Made by a program: the position numbers and the translations under genes. A stretch of 64,000 bases of DNA, taken from positions 256,001-320,000 of the forward strand of contig CAWEPK010000008.1 in assembly GCA_963810935.1 (NCBI GenBank). The letters are read 5' to 3'. Position 1 is the first letter of the stretch. The number at the start of each line of letters is the position of its first letter. A model generated the notes under the pieces. The model worked only from the letters and a program-made list of their open reading frames with translations. It was not told the DNA's origin and made no database searches. Below, in pieces: positions 39,812 to 50,203 of this stretch. The DNA is from an uncultured delta proteobacterium (lineage in GTDB: Bacteria; Desulfobacterota; Syntrophorhabdia; Syntrophorhabdales; WCHB1-27).

Positions 39812-39997
39812 TTATTTTTCGATCTTCTTCTTACACCGCACGCACTGAAGGGAACCGGTGTCGTGGATGACGTCTTCCGCGTACACCTTTTCGGAACCCG
39901 GGTCCGCCTTCTCCTCGTCCGTAGCGCATACTGCACAGACGTACTCTTTCCGCTTGGTATGGTAGGCCCTCAACTTCTTCTCGTCGAGCATGGGCAT
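39812..39997 (-). CDS. Small hypothetical Zn-ribbon protein
   Basis: CAVC...CVRC; AGGAGAG RBS. Confidence 0.65.
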   Translation of the reverse strand: MPMLDEKKLRAYHTKRKEYVCAVCATDEEKADPGSEKVYAEDVIHDTGSLQCVRCKKKIEK

Positions 39998-40109
39998 CGC
40001 GCAACTCTCCTTTCGTTTTATTCGCTCTATTGATGTGACGTATTTAAGATAGTGTAATCACGGATTGGGGGCGGCGCAATGTAAGCCGGGGGAGTCTGTC
40101 GGGGACGGC

Positions 40110-40796
40110 CTACCGAAGCTCGACGCGCTTTATGCCTTCGATGCCCGAAACGTATGTTACGATATCCCGATCGAGGGGCTGGACCGTATGGAAACGGAGC
40201 TTGAATTCGACGAGAAGCTCCTTCCTCTCGCGGTTCTTGCTCAGGGCGAAGCTGCTAATCCTGACGCCGTGCCTGTCGAGCACGTCATGCACCCGGTCGA
40301 GCTGGCCCTCGACGTCGTCCGAAAGAATCAGCAGGTCCCTGAACCAGTCCCTTTTCAACCTTCTCTCAAGCGACTTCAGGCTGACAAGCGAGCCGACTGC
40401 AATAGCCGAGACGGCGGTGCTGAAAAGATAGTAGCCGGCCCCCGCTGCCAGCCCTACGGAGCAGACGACCCACATGCAAGCCGCGGTGGTCAGCCCCCTT
40501 GTTGAGTTCCTGTACCGTATGATGGCCCCCGCGCCGAGGAAGCCGATGCCGGTGATCGCCTGCGCTGCTATGCGCGCAGGGTCGAGGCCGATGTGAAACA
40601 GGGCCGCCGCCTGATACTTGTAGACTATGGACTCGGAAAGGACCATAGCCAGAGCCGAGCCGAGCGAGACGAGCAGATAGGTCCTTATGCCCGCTTCCCT
40701 GCCGTGCACCTCCCTCTCCAGCCCGATAACCGCTCCGAGAAACGATGCCAGAAACAGCCTTGCTACTATCTCGGTTTCGCCTGCCATAGTCATCAC
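40110..40796 (-). CDS. MgtC/SapB family membrane protein
   Basis: IGLERE, AGIRT, GIGFLGAG, GLTTAA. Confidence 0.92.
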   Translation of the reverse strand: MMTMAGETEIVARLFLASFLGAVIGLEREVHGREAGIRTYLLVSLGSALAMVLSESIVYKYQAAALFHIGLDPARIAAQAITGIGFLGAGAIIRYRNSTRGLTTAACMWVVCSVGLAAGAGYYLFSTAVSAIAVGSLVSLKSLERRLKRDWFRDLLILSDDVEGQLDRVHDVLDRHGVRISSFALSKNRERKELLVEFKLRFHTVQPLDRDIVTYVSGIEGIKRVELR

Positions 40797-41003
40797 CTTC
40801 CTTGCGTCCGGACGTGATACCCATTATATCAGGTTAGGCAGCGGCCCGGTCGATTTTTTGAAGGCGGCCGGGCAAGTCGATTGTCCCCGTTTCGGGACCG
40901 GCAGCGTACTATCGGAGGCGCCCATAAGTTTTCGGCGTTTACATCCGATAAACTCAGGATGGTTGAGAACGGAAGTTCCTTTGAAGGGCTGGACGGCCGG
41001 AAG

Positions 41004-42170
41004 ATGAAAATTGAAGTGAAATCCGACAGACCCGGGCGCGAGCTGAAGGTTGCTCGTCTCGACGTTTCCGGCTCGTCCGACTCCCTGACGCTCTCCCTTT
41101 CGGGCGATTGGAGGCTATCCAACTCCCTTCCTCCCCGGGACGCCCTCAAACGGGAAATCGCGAATAATCCTTCTATACATACGATAGAGTTCGAGGCAGC
41201 CCGCCTTGCCGGCTGGGACAGCGGCCTTCTTGCCTTTCTACGGGACATCATGGCCTTCTGCGCGAGCCGCAATATAGAGCTGCGCCTGGACGGCCTGCCT
41301 GCCGGTGTCCGGCGCCTCATGACGCTCGCTGCGACGGGCCCGGGGCACGCGGAGGGCCAACACGGCCGGACGACTGCGCAGCCCCTGGAGCGCCTGGGCG
41401 GACTCTCCGTCGCGGGGGCGAGCGCCGTCACCGAAACGCTCGGCTTCCTCGGAGAAGTGATGGCAGCTTTTTTCAGGATGCTGAAGGGCAAGACCCGCTT
41501 CCGCGGGCATGACTTTTTGCGGTTCATTCAGGAGTGCGGCGTGGACGCCCTCCCCATCGTATCGCTCATCTCCATCCTGGTCGGCCTCATCCTCGCCTTC
41601 GTCGGCGCCATCCAGCTCAGGATGTTCGGCGCGCAGATATATATCGCGAACCTCGTCGGCATCTCGATGGTGCGGGCCATGGGCGCCATCATGACGGGCA
41701 TCATCATGGCGGGCCGCACCGGCGCCTCCTTTGCCGCGGCCATCGGCACCATGCAGGTTAACGAGGAGGTAGACGCCCTTCGGACGTCCGGCATACCGCC
41801 CATCGATTTCCTAGTCCTGCCCAGGGTGCTCGCCCTGGCGGTCATGATGCCGCTCCTGACGCTCTACGCAGACCTCATGGGCATCCTGGGCGGCCTCATC
41901 GTGGCGGTCGCCGGCCTGGACATAAATCTGTTCGAGTACCTGAACCAGACAAAGCTTGCGGTTAACCTGACGAACGTAGGCATAGGCATTTTCAGCGGCC
42001 TCGTTTTCGGCGTCCTCGTCGGGCTTGCGGGCTGCCTGCGGGGCGTGCAGTGCGGCCGCAGCGCATCCGCAGTCGGGAGCGCTACCACGTCGGCCGTTGT
42101 TTCCGGCATAGTGAGCATTATCGTCGCCACCGCCATAATCACCGTGGTCTGCGACATGCTGAGGATATAA
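41004..42170 (+). CDS. mlaE: MlaE-family permease with N-terminal STAS-like domain
   Basis: AGRTGAS..A.IGTM...EEVDAL, LVLPR. Confidence 0.9.
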   Translation: MKIEVKSDRPGRELKVARLDVSGSSDSLTLSLSGDWRLSNSLPPRDALKREIANNPSIHTIEFEAARLAGWDSGLLAFLRDIMAFCASRNIELRLDGLPAGVRRLMTLAATGPGHAEGQHGRTTAQPLERLGGLSVAGASAVTETLGFLGEVMAAFFRMLKGKTRFRGHDFLRFIQECGVDALPIVSLISILVGLILAFVGAIQLRMFGAQIYIANLVGISMVRAMGAIMTGIIMAGRTGASFAAAIGTMQVNEEVDALRTSGIPPIDFLVLPRVLALAVMMPLLTLYADLMGILGGLIVAVAGLDINLFEYLNQTKLAVNLTNVGIGIFSGLVFGVLVGLAGCLRGVQCGRSASAVGSATTSAVVSGIVSIIVATAIITVVCDMLRI

Positions 42171-42182
42171 GGCAAAAGGAAC

Positions 42183-43006
42183 ATGAGCACAGGGGACCCA
42201 CAGATCGTAGTAAAGGACTTGACCATGGCTTACGGCAGCAGGGTCGTGCAGCGGGACCTCACGTTCACCGTCCACGAAGGTGACGTCTTCATCATAATGG
42301 GCGGCAGCGGCTGCGGCAAAAGCACGCTCATGCGCCACCTCATCGGCCTCCAGAGGCCCGCGAAAGGGTCAGTCCTGTACGGGAGCGTCAACTTCTGGAA
42401 CGAGCCGGACGAGCGGCGCGAGGCCATGATGCGCCGCTGGGGCATACTTTATCAGAGCGGGGCGCTGTGGAGTCTCGATGACGCTCGCCGAGAACATCGC
42501 CCTGCCCCTGGAAGAATACACCACGCTGTCTCCCGGCCGGGTAAAGGAGATAGTCTCCCTGAAGCTCGCCCTTGTCGGCCTTTCAGGTTTCGAGGACTAC
42601 TACCCGGCAGAGATCAGCGGAGGCATGAAGAAACGGGCCGGCCTGGCACGCGCGATGGCCCTCGACCCGGAAATCCTGTTCCTCGACGAGCCGTCGGCGG
42701 GGCTCGACCCGATAAGCGCGAGCCTCCTCGACCAGCTCATTGTCGAGGCTGAAAGACAGCCTGGGCACGACCGTAGTCGCAGTCACGCACGAACTGGCGA
42801 GCATACTTGCCATAGGCACCGATTCCGTCTTCCTCGACAGCGATGCCAAGACCATGATAGCGTCCGGACCCCCGGCGAAGCTGCTGGCGGAATGCGATAA
42901 CCTCACCGTCCACACCTTCCTGACCAGGGGCCGTGAGATAAGACCGGACGGGGCGAGCGTCCCAAAGCAGCAGCAAGGGGCGTCACGCCGCAGGGAGATA
43001 CCATGA
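42183..43006 (+). CDS. mlaF: MlaF-family ABC ATPase with two +1 frameshifts (about 42473 and 42748)
   Basis: GGSGCGKST; ISGGMKKR..LDEPSAGLDP; VTHEL in three successive frames. Confidence 0.85.
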
Positions 43007-43971
43007 GCAAACCGGCGAGCAAGACATTGATCGGCGCTTTTACCGCGGGGGCCGTCGTACTGGCCGTCCTTGCGGTCGTAATCTTCGGGTCCGGCCGTTT
43101 CTTCAAGAAGACCTTCGTTAACGTCATGTATTTCCACGGCTCGGTCAAGGGTCTCAGCGTCGGCAGTCCCGTCACATTCCGCGGGGTCCGCATCGGGTCG
43201 GTAAAGGATATAGAGCTTCGCTACGACGCGAAGGACCTCTCCTTCATCATCTGCGTATACGCCGACTTCGACCCGGACAGGATAGTCTACGTCGGCCACC
43301 GGCCAGGCACACAGCATACCGAGGAGCTGATACAGAAGGGCTTGCGCGCGCGCCTCGAGGCCCAAAGCATCGTCACGGGCCAACTCGTGATAAACCTCGA
43401 TTTCTGGCCGGGAAAACCCGCGACAATCATGGGGCTCGATAAGCGATACCCGGAGATACCAACCATAGCCTCCGAGATAGACGAATGGCTCAACCTGGCG
43501 GAGCAAATCCCGGTCAAAGAGCTTTCGGCAAAGGCTATGTCCGCGCTGGAAAAACTCGATAAGCTGATAAGCTCGCCTTATGTATCTTCGAGCCTGAAAT
43601 CGATGAGCGAAAGCATGAAGGAGACGAGGGCGATCGTCATCAAGATAGGCAGCCAGATAGACCCCATAGTCGCCAACATCAAGGAGGGCACCGGCGAGCT
43701 GCGCGACCTGGTCCGCAAGGGGCAGAACGTCCCTGAAAGGCTGGACAGCACGCTTACTGCGGCGGAAGACGCCATGAAGCAGGCACAGAAGACGCTTGCC
43801 TCGGCGCAGGAAGTCGCCTCCGAAGATTCGTCGCTCGTCCGCGATCTGGGGTCCACCCTCGAGGAAGTCTCGGCAACGGCGCGCTCGCTGCGGTTCTTGA
43901 GCGACTACCTCCAACGCCACCCGGAGGCGATCATGCAGGGAAAGAAAACCGATAAAGGAGACAGGCCATGA
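43003..43971 (+). CDS. MlaD/MCE-family protein (PqiB-like)
   Basis: GSVKGLSVGSPV.FRGV.IG.V, GLRARL, YLQRHPE. Confidence 0.9.
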   Translation: MSKPASKTLIGAFTAGAVVLAVLAVVIFGSGRFFKKTFVNVMYFHGSVKGLSVGSPVTFRGVRIGSVKDIELRYDAKDLSFIICVYADFDPDRIVYVGHRPGTQHTEELIQKGLRARLEAQSIVTGQLVINLDFWPGKPATIMGLDKRYPEIPTIASEIDEWLNLAEQIPVKELSAKAMSALEKLDKLISSPYVSSSLKSMSESMKETRAIVIKIGSQIDPIVANIKEGTGELRDLVRKGQNVPERLDSTLTAAEDAMKQAQKTLASAQEVASEDSSLVRDLGSTLEEVSATARSLRFLSDYLQRHPEAIMQGKKTDKGDRP

Positions 43972-44609
43972 AACACGTGCCCATCCTTATAAGGACAGCC
44001 TGCCTGGCCCTTGGCCTTCTCGTGCTAGCCGGATGCGGCAGCTCGCCAACGCCCAAGTTCTACACGCTCCATTCGGTCGCAGCAAAAGCGGCCGACCCGG
44101 CGCCTGCCGGTCCGCAAATAGAGCAGCCGGCCGCGCCGGTGGTTATCGGGATCGGCCCGGTCGAGATACCCGACTACCTCGACCGGCCGCAGCTCGTCAC
44201 CCGGTCCGAGCAGAACCGGATGCGCCTTCTGGAGTTCGACCTGTGGACCGGCTCCCTGAGGGCGGACGTCGGCCGCGTCCTGATGGAAGACCTGTGCGCC
44301 CTCCTCCCGCCCGACCGTTTCTCGGTCGTCTGGTGGAAGCAGGGGGCGGCGATGGATTACAGGGTGGCCCTCCACATCCACCGCTTCGATGCCGGACCGG
44401 GTGAAGTGCTCCTTTCCGCCCAATGGATGGTCTTCACGAAAGAGAAAAAGGGCGCATCGCTAATAGCAACCTCCCGTTTAACGGAAGCCTCGGGCGCGGA
44501 CCCCGGCGAGACGGTCGCTGCCATGAGCAGGGCCCTCGCCAGGCTGAGCAGAGAGATCGCGCAAAAAGTGCAGGGATCGACGTTGCGCGAGCCGGGCGGA
44601 CAAAACTAA
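43968..44609 (+). CDS. PqiC-like auxiliary lipoprotein
   Basis: Lipobox LAGC, PDYLDRPQLV. Confidence 0.85.
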   Translation: MKHVPILIRTACLALGLLVLAGCGSSPTPKFYTLHSVAAKAADPAPAGPQIEQPAAPVVIGIGPVEIPDYLDRPQLVTRSEQNRMRLLEFDLWTGSLRADVGRVLMEDLCALLPPDRFSVVWWKQGAAMDYRVALHIHRFDAGPGEVLLSAQWMVFTKEKKGASLIATSRLTEASGADPGETVAAMSRALARLSREIAQKVQGSTLREPGGQN

Positions 44610-44775
44610 ACGGCCTTTGGAAGAAGGGCCTCATCGCCTAAACGGACGGCGCGATGCGACGCTCGCCTCACCAGAATATGCACGCCGTGTTTCTATTGAC
44701 AAATAGCTGGAGTCGTATATACTTGCGAACAGGGGGCGCCGCTGTACAACGGCGCCCTCCGTATACAGGGAGGGC

Positions 44776-46557
44776 ATGGAAGAACAGGTCCAGATAGAAG
44801 AAGCATTGCAGTGGGCGGAGCAAAGGTACAGGCATATCTTTGAGAACGCCACTGAAGGCATTTTCGAAGCGGGCATCAACGGCCGGTTCGTCAGTGCAAA
44901 CCCCGCCCTCGCCCGTCTCCACGGCTACGACTCTCCCGCAAAGCTAATAAGCGCGATCGACAACATCCGCGACCAGCTCTTTATCGACCCCGACCGCCAC
45001 AGAAATATGATAGCCCTTCTGAAGGAGCACGACGCGGTGCGCGACTTCGAAGCCCGGATGAGGGCAAAGGACGGCAGCGGGCACTGGGTTTCCATAAACG
45101 TGCGGGCCTTCAAGGATGAAGACGGCAAAATCCTCTTCTACGAAGGCACGATGACGGACATAACTACGCGCAAAGAGGCCGAGCAGGCCCTTGCGGAGAG
45201 CGAGGAGCGGTACAGGACGGTCATCGAGCACTCGAACGACGGCATCGCCATAACAAAGGACGGCATGCACGAGTACGTCAACTCGCGGTTCGTGGAGATG
45301 TTCGGCTATCAAAGCCCGCAGGATGTAATCCACAAGCCTATCACGATAATAGTCCACCCGGAAGACAAGCAACGGGTCATGGCGATGCACAGGCGGAGGA
45401 TGGAAGGTCAGCCGGTGCCCCCAAGGTACGAGTTCAAAGGGATCACGGCCTCCGGCGGCATCCTTTTCATCGAGGTCTCCGCTGCGGCCACCACATTCAA
45501 GAACGACCCCGTCATTCTCATCTTTCTGAGGGACGTGACCGAGCGAAAGCGCGCCGAGCAGGTCTTCCTCGAGTCGCACAGGGAGCTTGAGCAGCTCAAC
45601 CGCGCGAAGACGAAGGCCGTAAACCACATCTCGCACGAGCTGAAGACGCCTCTTGCAGTCGTCCATGGGAACATCCGGATATTGAGGCGCAAGTTTGAGG
45701 GCGTCTCCGGCAGTGAGACCGTCACGCCCCTTCTCGACACGATGGAGCGGAACGTAGAGCGGCTTTCCCGGATGCAGAGAGAGGCCGACGAGATCCTCCG
45801 CACGTCGCAGGAACTGGAGGCGGAAAGCCTGGTAGGCGAGATAGACAAGCTCCGTGAGCGGTTGTCCGATTTCGGGGACATACCGGCAGAGATAGGCCCG
45901 TGCCTGGACACCGTAAGAGAATGGGTGGACGGCCAGGTGCCGCGCGCCACGGATGCCTTCCAGCCCCTCGACCTTCACCCCTTCCTGCAGCAGGCTGCGG
46001 AAAGGGCCAGGCACGCCGCCGGCGACAGGAGCATACAGGTGGGCATCGAGGGCGACGCGAGCGCAAGCATATGGATCCTCACCGAGCCTTCCGTCCTCAG
46101 GGAGGTAATCGACGGCCTCTTGCGGAACGCGATAGAAAATACCCCGGACGGCGGGAGCGTAACCGTTTCCATCGAGGAGAGGGAGGAAGACGTGCTGGTG
46201 CACGTGACGGACACGGGCGTCGGCATCTCGGAAGAGAACCAGCAGTATATATTCGACGGCTTCTTCCACCCGAAAGACACGGAGATATACGCCTCGAAGC
46301 AGCCCTACGATTTTTTTGCGGGCGGTAAAGGCTTAGACCTGCTCAGGATGAAATATTACGCCGAGCGCTTCGGTTTTGCGCTCTCCGTAAAGAGCACCCG
46401 CTGCCCCAACCTGCCTACCGACGCCGACGTCTGCCCCGGCAGCGTCACCCGCTGCCATTATAATCAGGCAACGGGCGACTGCCAGAAATCGGGCAGCACC
46501 TTCACGGTCACATTCATCAGGAACCCGGAGAAACCGGGTAAACCCGCAAAGGCATAA
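44776..46557 (+). CDS. PAS-PAS sensor histidine kinase
   Basis: Two PAS/PAC domains, SHELKTPL, NAIEN, DTGVGI, GGKGLDL. Confidence 0.92.
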   Translation: MEEQVQIEEALQWAEQRYRHIFENATEGIFEAGINGRFVSANPALARLHGYDSPAKLISAIDNIRDQLFIDPDRHRNMIALLKEHDAVRDFEARMRAKDGSGHWVSINVRAFKDEDGKILFYEGTMTDITTRKEAEQALAESEERYRTVIEHSNDGIAITKDGMHEYVNSRFVEMFGYQSPQDVIHKPITIIVHPEDKQRVMAMHRRRMEGQPVPPRYEFKGITASGGILFIEVSAAATTFKNDPVILIFLRDVTERKRAEQVFLESHRELEQLNRAKTKAVNHISHELKTPLAVVHGNIRILRRKFEGVSGSETVTPLLDTMERNVERLSRMQREADEILRTSQELEAESLVGEIDKLRERLSDFGDIPAEIGPCLDTVREWVDGQVPRATDAFQPLDLHPFLQQAAERARHAAGDRSIQVGIEGDASASIWILTEPSVLREVIDGLLRNAIENTPDGGSVTVSIEEREEDVLVHVTDTGVGISEENQQYIFDGFFHPKDTEIYASKQPYDFFAGGKGLDLLRMKYYAERFGFALSVKSTRCPNLPTDADVCPGSVTRCHYNQATGDCQKSGSTFTVTFIRNPEKPGKPAKA

Positions 46558-46600
46558 GAGACACCCGGCCTGTATTTTTTATCCACGAATTCAGATGGAC

Positions 46601-46627
46601 TTAACAATTTACCCTCCCGTCCGATAA
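46601..46627 (+). promoter_or_regulatory. Possible sigma28 promoter
   Basis: TTAA-N15-TCCGATAA upstream of the chemoreceptor. Confidence 0.4.
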
Positions 46628-46673
46628 TAGAACCAGGTGTCAAAACATACCGACCTTTTTGGGGGGAGATAGC

Positions 46674-48335
46674 ATGAAGCTGAGTAAAATTCAGCTCTAT
46701 TGTGGGAAAGCGATCAATCTCAAAGAGATGAGCATCACTGGTAGGCTCCGTATCGGACTCGGCCTGATCATCTTTTTTCTTGTGGTGCTGACAATTACGG
46801 GCATAAGGTCCCTGACTATGATGAACGCCGACATGGGCCGCATCATGCAGGACAACTACCGCAAGATCGCCGGCGCTCAGACCATGAGGAACGCCATAGC
46901 CGATATCGACAACCACATGTACAATGCGGCCCTCGCCAATGACGCCGAAACAACCAGGGCGGACACGGGAAAAATAAAGGAAGCCCGTGACACATACAGC
47001 GCGGCCATGGCCGACCTCGAAAAACTTGAGCTTAACCCAAAGGGTAAGGAGATCCTGGGCATTATCAAGGACAACTTCAGCATCGTGCAGAACGCGCATG
47101 ACCGCGTGCTCGAGCTGATAACCACAAACAACATGAGCAACGCCACCAATACGCTGATGGCCAGCCGCGAGATATCGAAGGGTTTATCGGCGGCTTCCGA
47201 AGACATGGTGCGCTACCAGCAGCAGCGGGCGGTCGAAAATGCCGAACGGGCGGAAGCCACTTTCGTGCGCACGCGCTATTTCCTGATCGTACTGGGCGGC
47301 TCGGTCCTGCTCTTCGCCCTTTTCCTGTCCCGCTTCTTGTCCAGCAGCATCACCGTCCCTTTGAGCGAAGGCGTCGCAGTAGCGAAAAGGATAGCCGAAG
47401 GCGACCTTACGGCCCGCATAGATAACCCTTCGACCGACGAGACCGGGCAACTGCTTCAGGCAATGTCGAATATGGTGGGGAACCTGCGGCGGATCATCGG
47501 CGAAGTAAAGACCGCGGCGGGCAACATCGCCTCCGCAAGCCAGCAGCTTAACGCAAGCTCGGAGCTTATGTCGAAAGGCGCGGGCGACCAGGCGACCAGG
47601 AGCACCCAGGTTGCAACTGCATCCGTCGAGATGTCACAGACAGTGCTCGACATCGCCCGGAACGCTTCATCGATAGAGACCTCGGCCACGGGCACGGCCG
47701 GAATGGCGAGGGACGGCGAAGGCGTAGTGGAAAGGTCCGTAGAGAAAATCAGGGCCATTGCGAAGACCCTCGGCGAATCGGCGGAGCTGATAAAACTCCT
47801 CGGCGAGCGGTCTAACCAGATAGGCGCAATTATAAATGTAATCAACGAGATAGCGGACCAGACGAACCTGCTCGCCCTTAACGCGGCGATCGAGGCGGCC
47901 CGCGCGGGAGACGCGGGGAGGGGTTTTGCGGTGGTCGCCGACGAAGTGAGGAAGCTCGCGGAGAGAACGGGCAACTCCACGTCAGAGATAGGCGGCATGA
48001 TAAACGCCATCCAGGCGGAGGTTCGCAGGGCCGTCCTTTCCATGGACAACATCACGAAGGAAGTCAACGTGGGCGTCGACCTCTCGAACGAGGCGGGCGG
48101 GGTCCTGCGCGATATCGTGGCAGCCGTCGAGCAGCTTCACCTTATGGTGCAGCAGATCGCCTCGGCTACCGAAGAGATGACGACCAGCTCCGACGAGATC
48201 CACAAGGACATCGAAGGCATCGCATCCGTGTCGCGCGACGCGTCGGCCAGCTCGGAACAGATAGCGCAGGCAAGCCAGGAGCTTGCGAACCTGTCATTGG
48301 GACTTGAAAAGGTTGTGAGCGGGTTTACGGTTTAG
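46674..48335 (+). CDS. Methyl-accepting chemotaxis protein (4HB sensor, HAMP)
   Basis: QTNLLALNAAIEAARAG..GRGFAVVADEVRKLAE. Confidence 0.95.
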   Translation: MKLSKIQLYCGKAINLKEMSITGRLRIGLGLIIFFLVVLTITGIRSLTMMNADMGRIMQDNYRKIAGAQTMRNAIADIDNHMYNAALANDAETTRADTGKIKEARDTYSAAMADLEKLELNPKGKEILGIIKDNFSIVQNAHDRVLELITTNNMSNATNTLMASREISKGLSAASEDMVRYQQQRAVENAERAEATFVRTRYFLIVLGGSVLLFALFLSRFLSSSITVPLSEGVAVAKRIAEGDLTARIDNPSTDETGQLLQAMSNMVGNLRRIIGEVKTAAGNIASASQQLNASSELMSKGAGDQATRSTQVATASVEMSQTVLDIARNASSIETSATGTAGMARDGEGVVERSVEKIRAIAKTLGESAELIKLLGERSNQIGAIINVINEIADQTNLLALNAAIEAARAGDAGRGFAVVADEVRKLAERTGNSTSEIGGMINAIQAEVRRAVLSMDNITKEVNVGVDLSNEAGGVLRDIVAAVEQLHLMVQQIASATEEMTTSSDEIHKDIEGIASVSRDASASSEQIAQASQELANLSLGLEKVVSGFTV

Positions 48336-48817
48336 GGACCTTCCGGCTTCTTGTCGAGGTCCTGCAAGGCTGCGTCGGACAGCTTTTTGACGACATCACT
48401 AGAGGCGCTTCTGTTCACTTCAGAATATAGGCGCCTTGCTTCTTCTTTCGAACCCTTCAGCAAGGCAATCCTGGCGAGGTAGAGCCTGGAGATATCCCGC
48501 ACGCCTGCCGGGCCGGCCTTGGCCGCCTCCTGGAAGGTGCGTTCCGTTCGGGCAAGCGCGTCGCCCTGCGGGTTGCCCACGTATTCCTGGTAGCTTCTGA
48601 TCCCCTGTGCCAGAAGGAATTGCGCCTTTTCGTCCCTGGCGGACCGATAGTAGCCGTAGCCCCACCCTGCGCCGCCGACAATGACGGCGATGATCGCGAT
48701 AGCGATGCAGCGGTTCCTGTTCTCGCGGACCCAGTCTATCGTGTCGGTGAAGAAAGACTGGATTGGATCGGGCCTTCTGATCTCGTCGCGGACGTTCTTT
48801 TTAACTTTCATCGGCAT
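48332..48817 (-). CDS. YfgM/TPR-like membrane-anchored protein
   Basis: One TM segment followed by helical repeats. Confidence 0.6.
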   Translation of the reverse strand: MPMKVKKNVRDEIRRPDPIQSFFTDTIDWVRENRNRCIAIAIIAVIVGGAGWGYGYYRSARDEKAQFLLAQGIRSYQEYVGNPQGDALARTERTFQEAAKAGPAGVRDISRLYLARIALLKGSKEEARRLYSEVNRSASSDVVKKLSDAALQDLDKKPEGP

Positions 48818-48953
48818 GCCAGTATTCCAACACAGGCGGTTCTAAATGTCAACGCCGTCTCGCTGCGCTGAAAAAAAGGCTAAACCATTGCTTTGTGCGG
48901 CTGGACTCGCACCCGAGAAAACGACGCGAAAGGCGCGGAAAGATCCCGCCCCC

Positions 48954-50154
48954 CTACCTCCCGGCGGCGGCCCGCGCCGCTGCCAGATATACTCTGACCC
49001 GGCGCATGTTGGGCTCATCCAGGATGCTCGCCAGTCTCCTTTCGCTCAATGACGCCAGGGCATTAATATTGTCGATCCCATGATCGTCCAGCTTCTGAAC
49101 ATTCGCCAGTCCCAAGCCCTTAAGGTGCATCATGGCCAGCTCTTCCCGCTGGTCTTTGTCGAGCATTTCCGGATCAATACCATAGCTCGTCTCCACCCCC
49201 TTTGCTTCCAGCCGGTCCCGCGTTGCCTCGTCGATAAAGAACAGCTCGCTGACCGGGGCGGTATAGGAGAAAACCGTGTAGCGGTCGATCAGGAAGAACG
49301 TGCCGAAGGCAAGGACAAGGGCTAAAAGGCAGGCCATTAATTGCTGCCTGCCTGGTCGGATGCCCTGGAGCAGGGTCACGCAGGCCATCGTCTCGATGCC
49401 GAAGGCCGCAAAGCCGACATAACCCAGGGCGGGCATTTCGAAGAGTTTCACGCTCTCGAAGAATGGGACCGTATAGACCCACTTGGTGACGGACCAGTAA
49501 TTCCAGAATTCCCACAGCACGCCGCAGGCAAGGCCCGCCAGCACGGCCGCGAGCATCGGCTTCAGGCGGCCCTCTTCCAGGTCGCGCAGGAAAGAGGCGC
49601 GTCGTGCGCGGTAGTTTATGCCGTCCGCCACAAGGGCGAAAAAGCCCCAGGCAAGGCCGAAAAAGTACGTGGGGAACACCAGGCAGAGGACAAGCAACAG
49701 GAGGCCGAAAGGCATTTCATAACGGCCCCGGCGCCCGGCTGCAAGCGGTGTGCACTTTGCCTCGGGGAGGATGCGCAGGAAAAGCTCGTTCGTCAGGTAG
49801 ACAGCCGGGATGACCGTGCCGAACGCCAGGAAGTACCCGCCGAACCGGACGACGGGGTACGGCGTCACGTTGATGTAGAACCAGTTTTGCAGCCGCAGGT
49901 TGAGAAGCTCGAAGAGGCACCAGAAGCCCGCTGAAAATACGGCGAGCCGGAACAGCCTGCTGCCCGGTACGCGCCTGCTACCGTCTCTTAAAGCCCAGTA
50001 TCGCGTAGATAAGGACTATGTACGACCACCAGGCTACCAGGTAAAACTGGTACATCACCGGCTCGATCTTTTTTATCAGCGTGTAGTAGCCCAGGAATTG
50101 AAACAGGATGGCAAAAACGACCAGAAGCGTGGAAACGCTTTTAGCTTTCAGCAT
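48954..50154 (-). CDS. Hypothetical multi-pass membrane protein, frameshifted at about 49995
   Basis: ATG 50154 MLKAKSVSTLL...AWWSYI; continues FELLNLRLQNW...WEFWNYW in another frame; HhH-like C-terminus. Confidence 0.7.
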
Positions 50155-50203
50155 TCACGCCCCCGAAGGCGCACCCGGACATCGGGACCTACGGGGTCGA
50201 CGG

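Noticed and set aside
44761..44767. Fourth GntR operator (GTATACA)
   Set aside because: Only a half-site, inside a hairpin loop, upstream of an unrelated kinase
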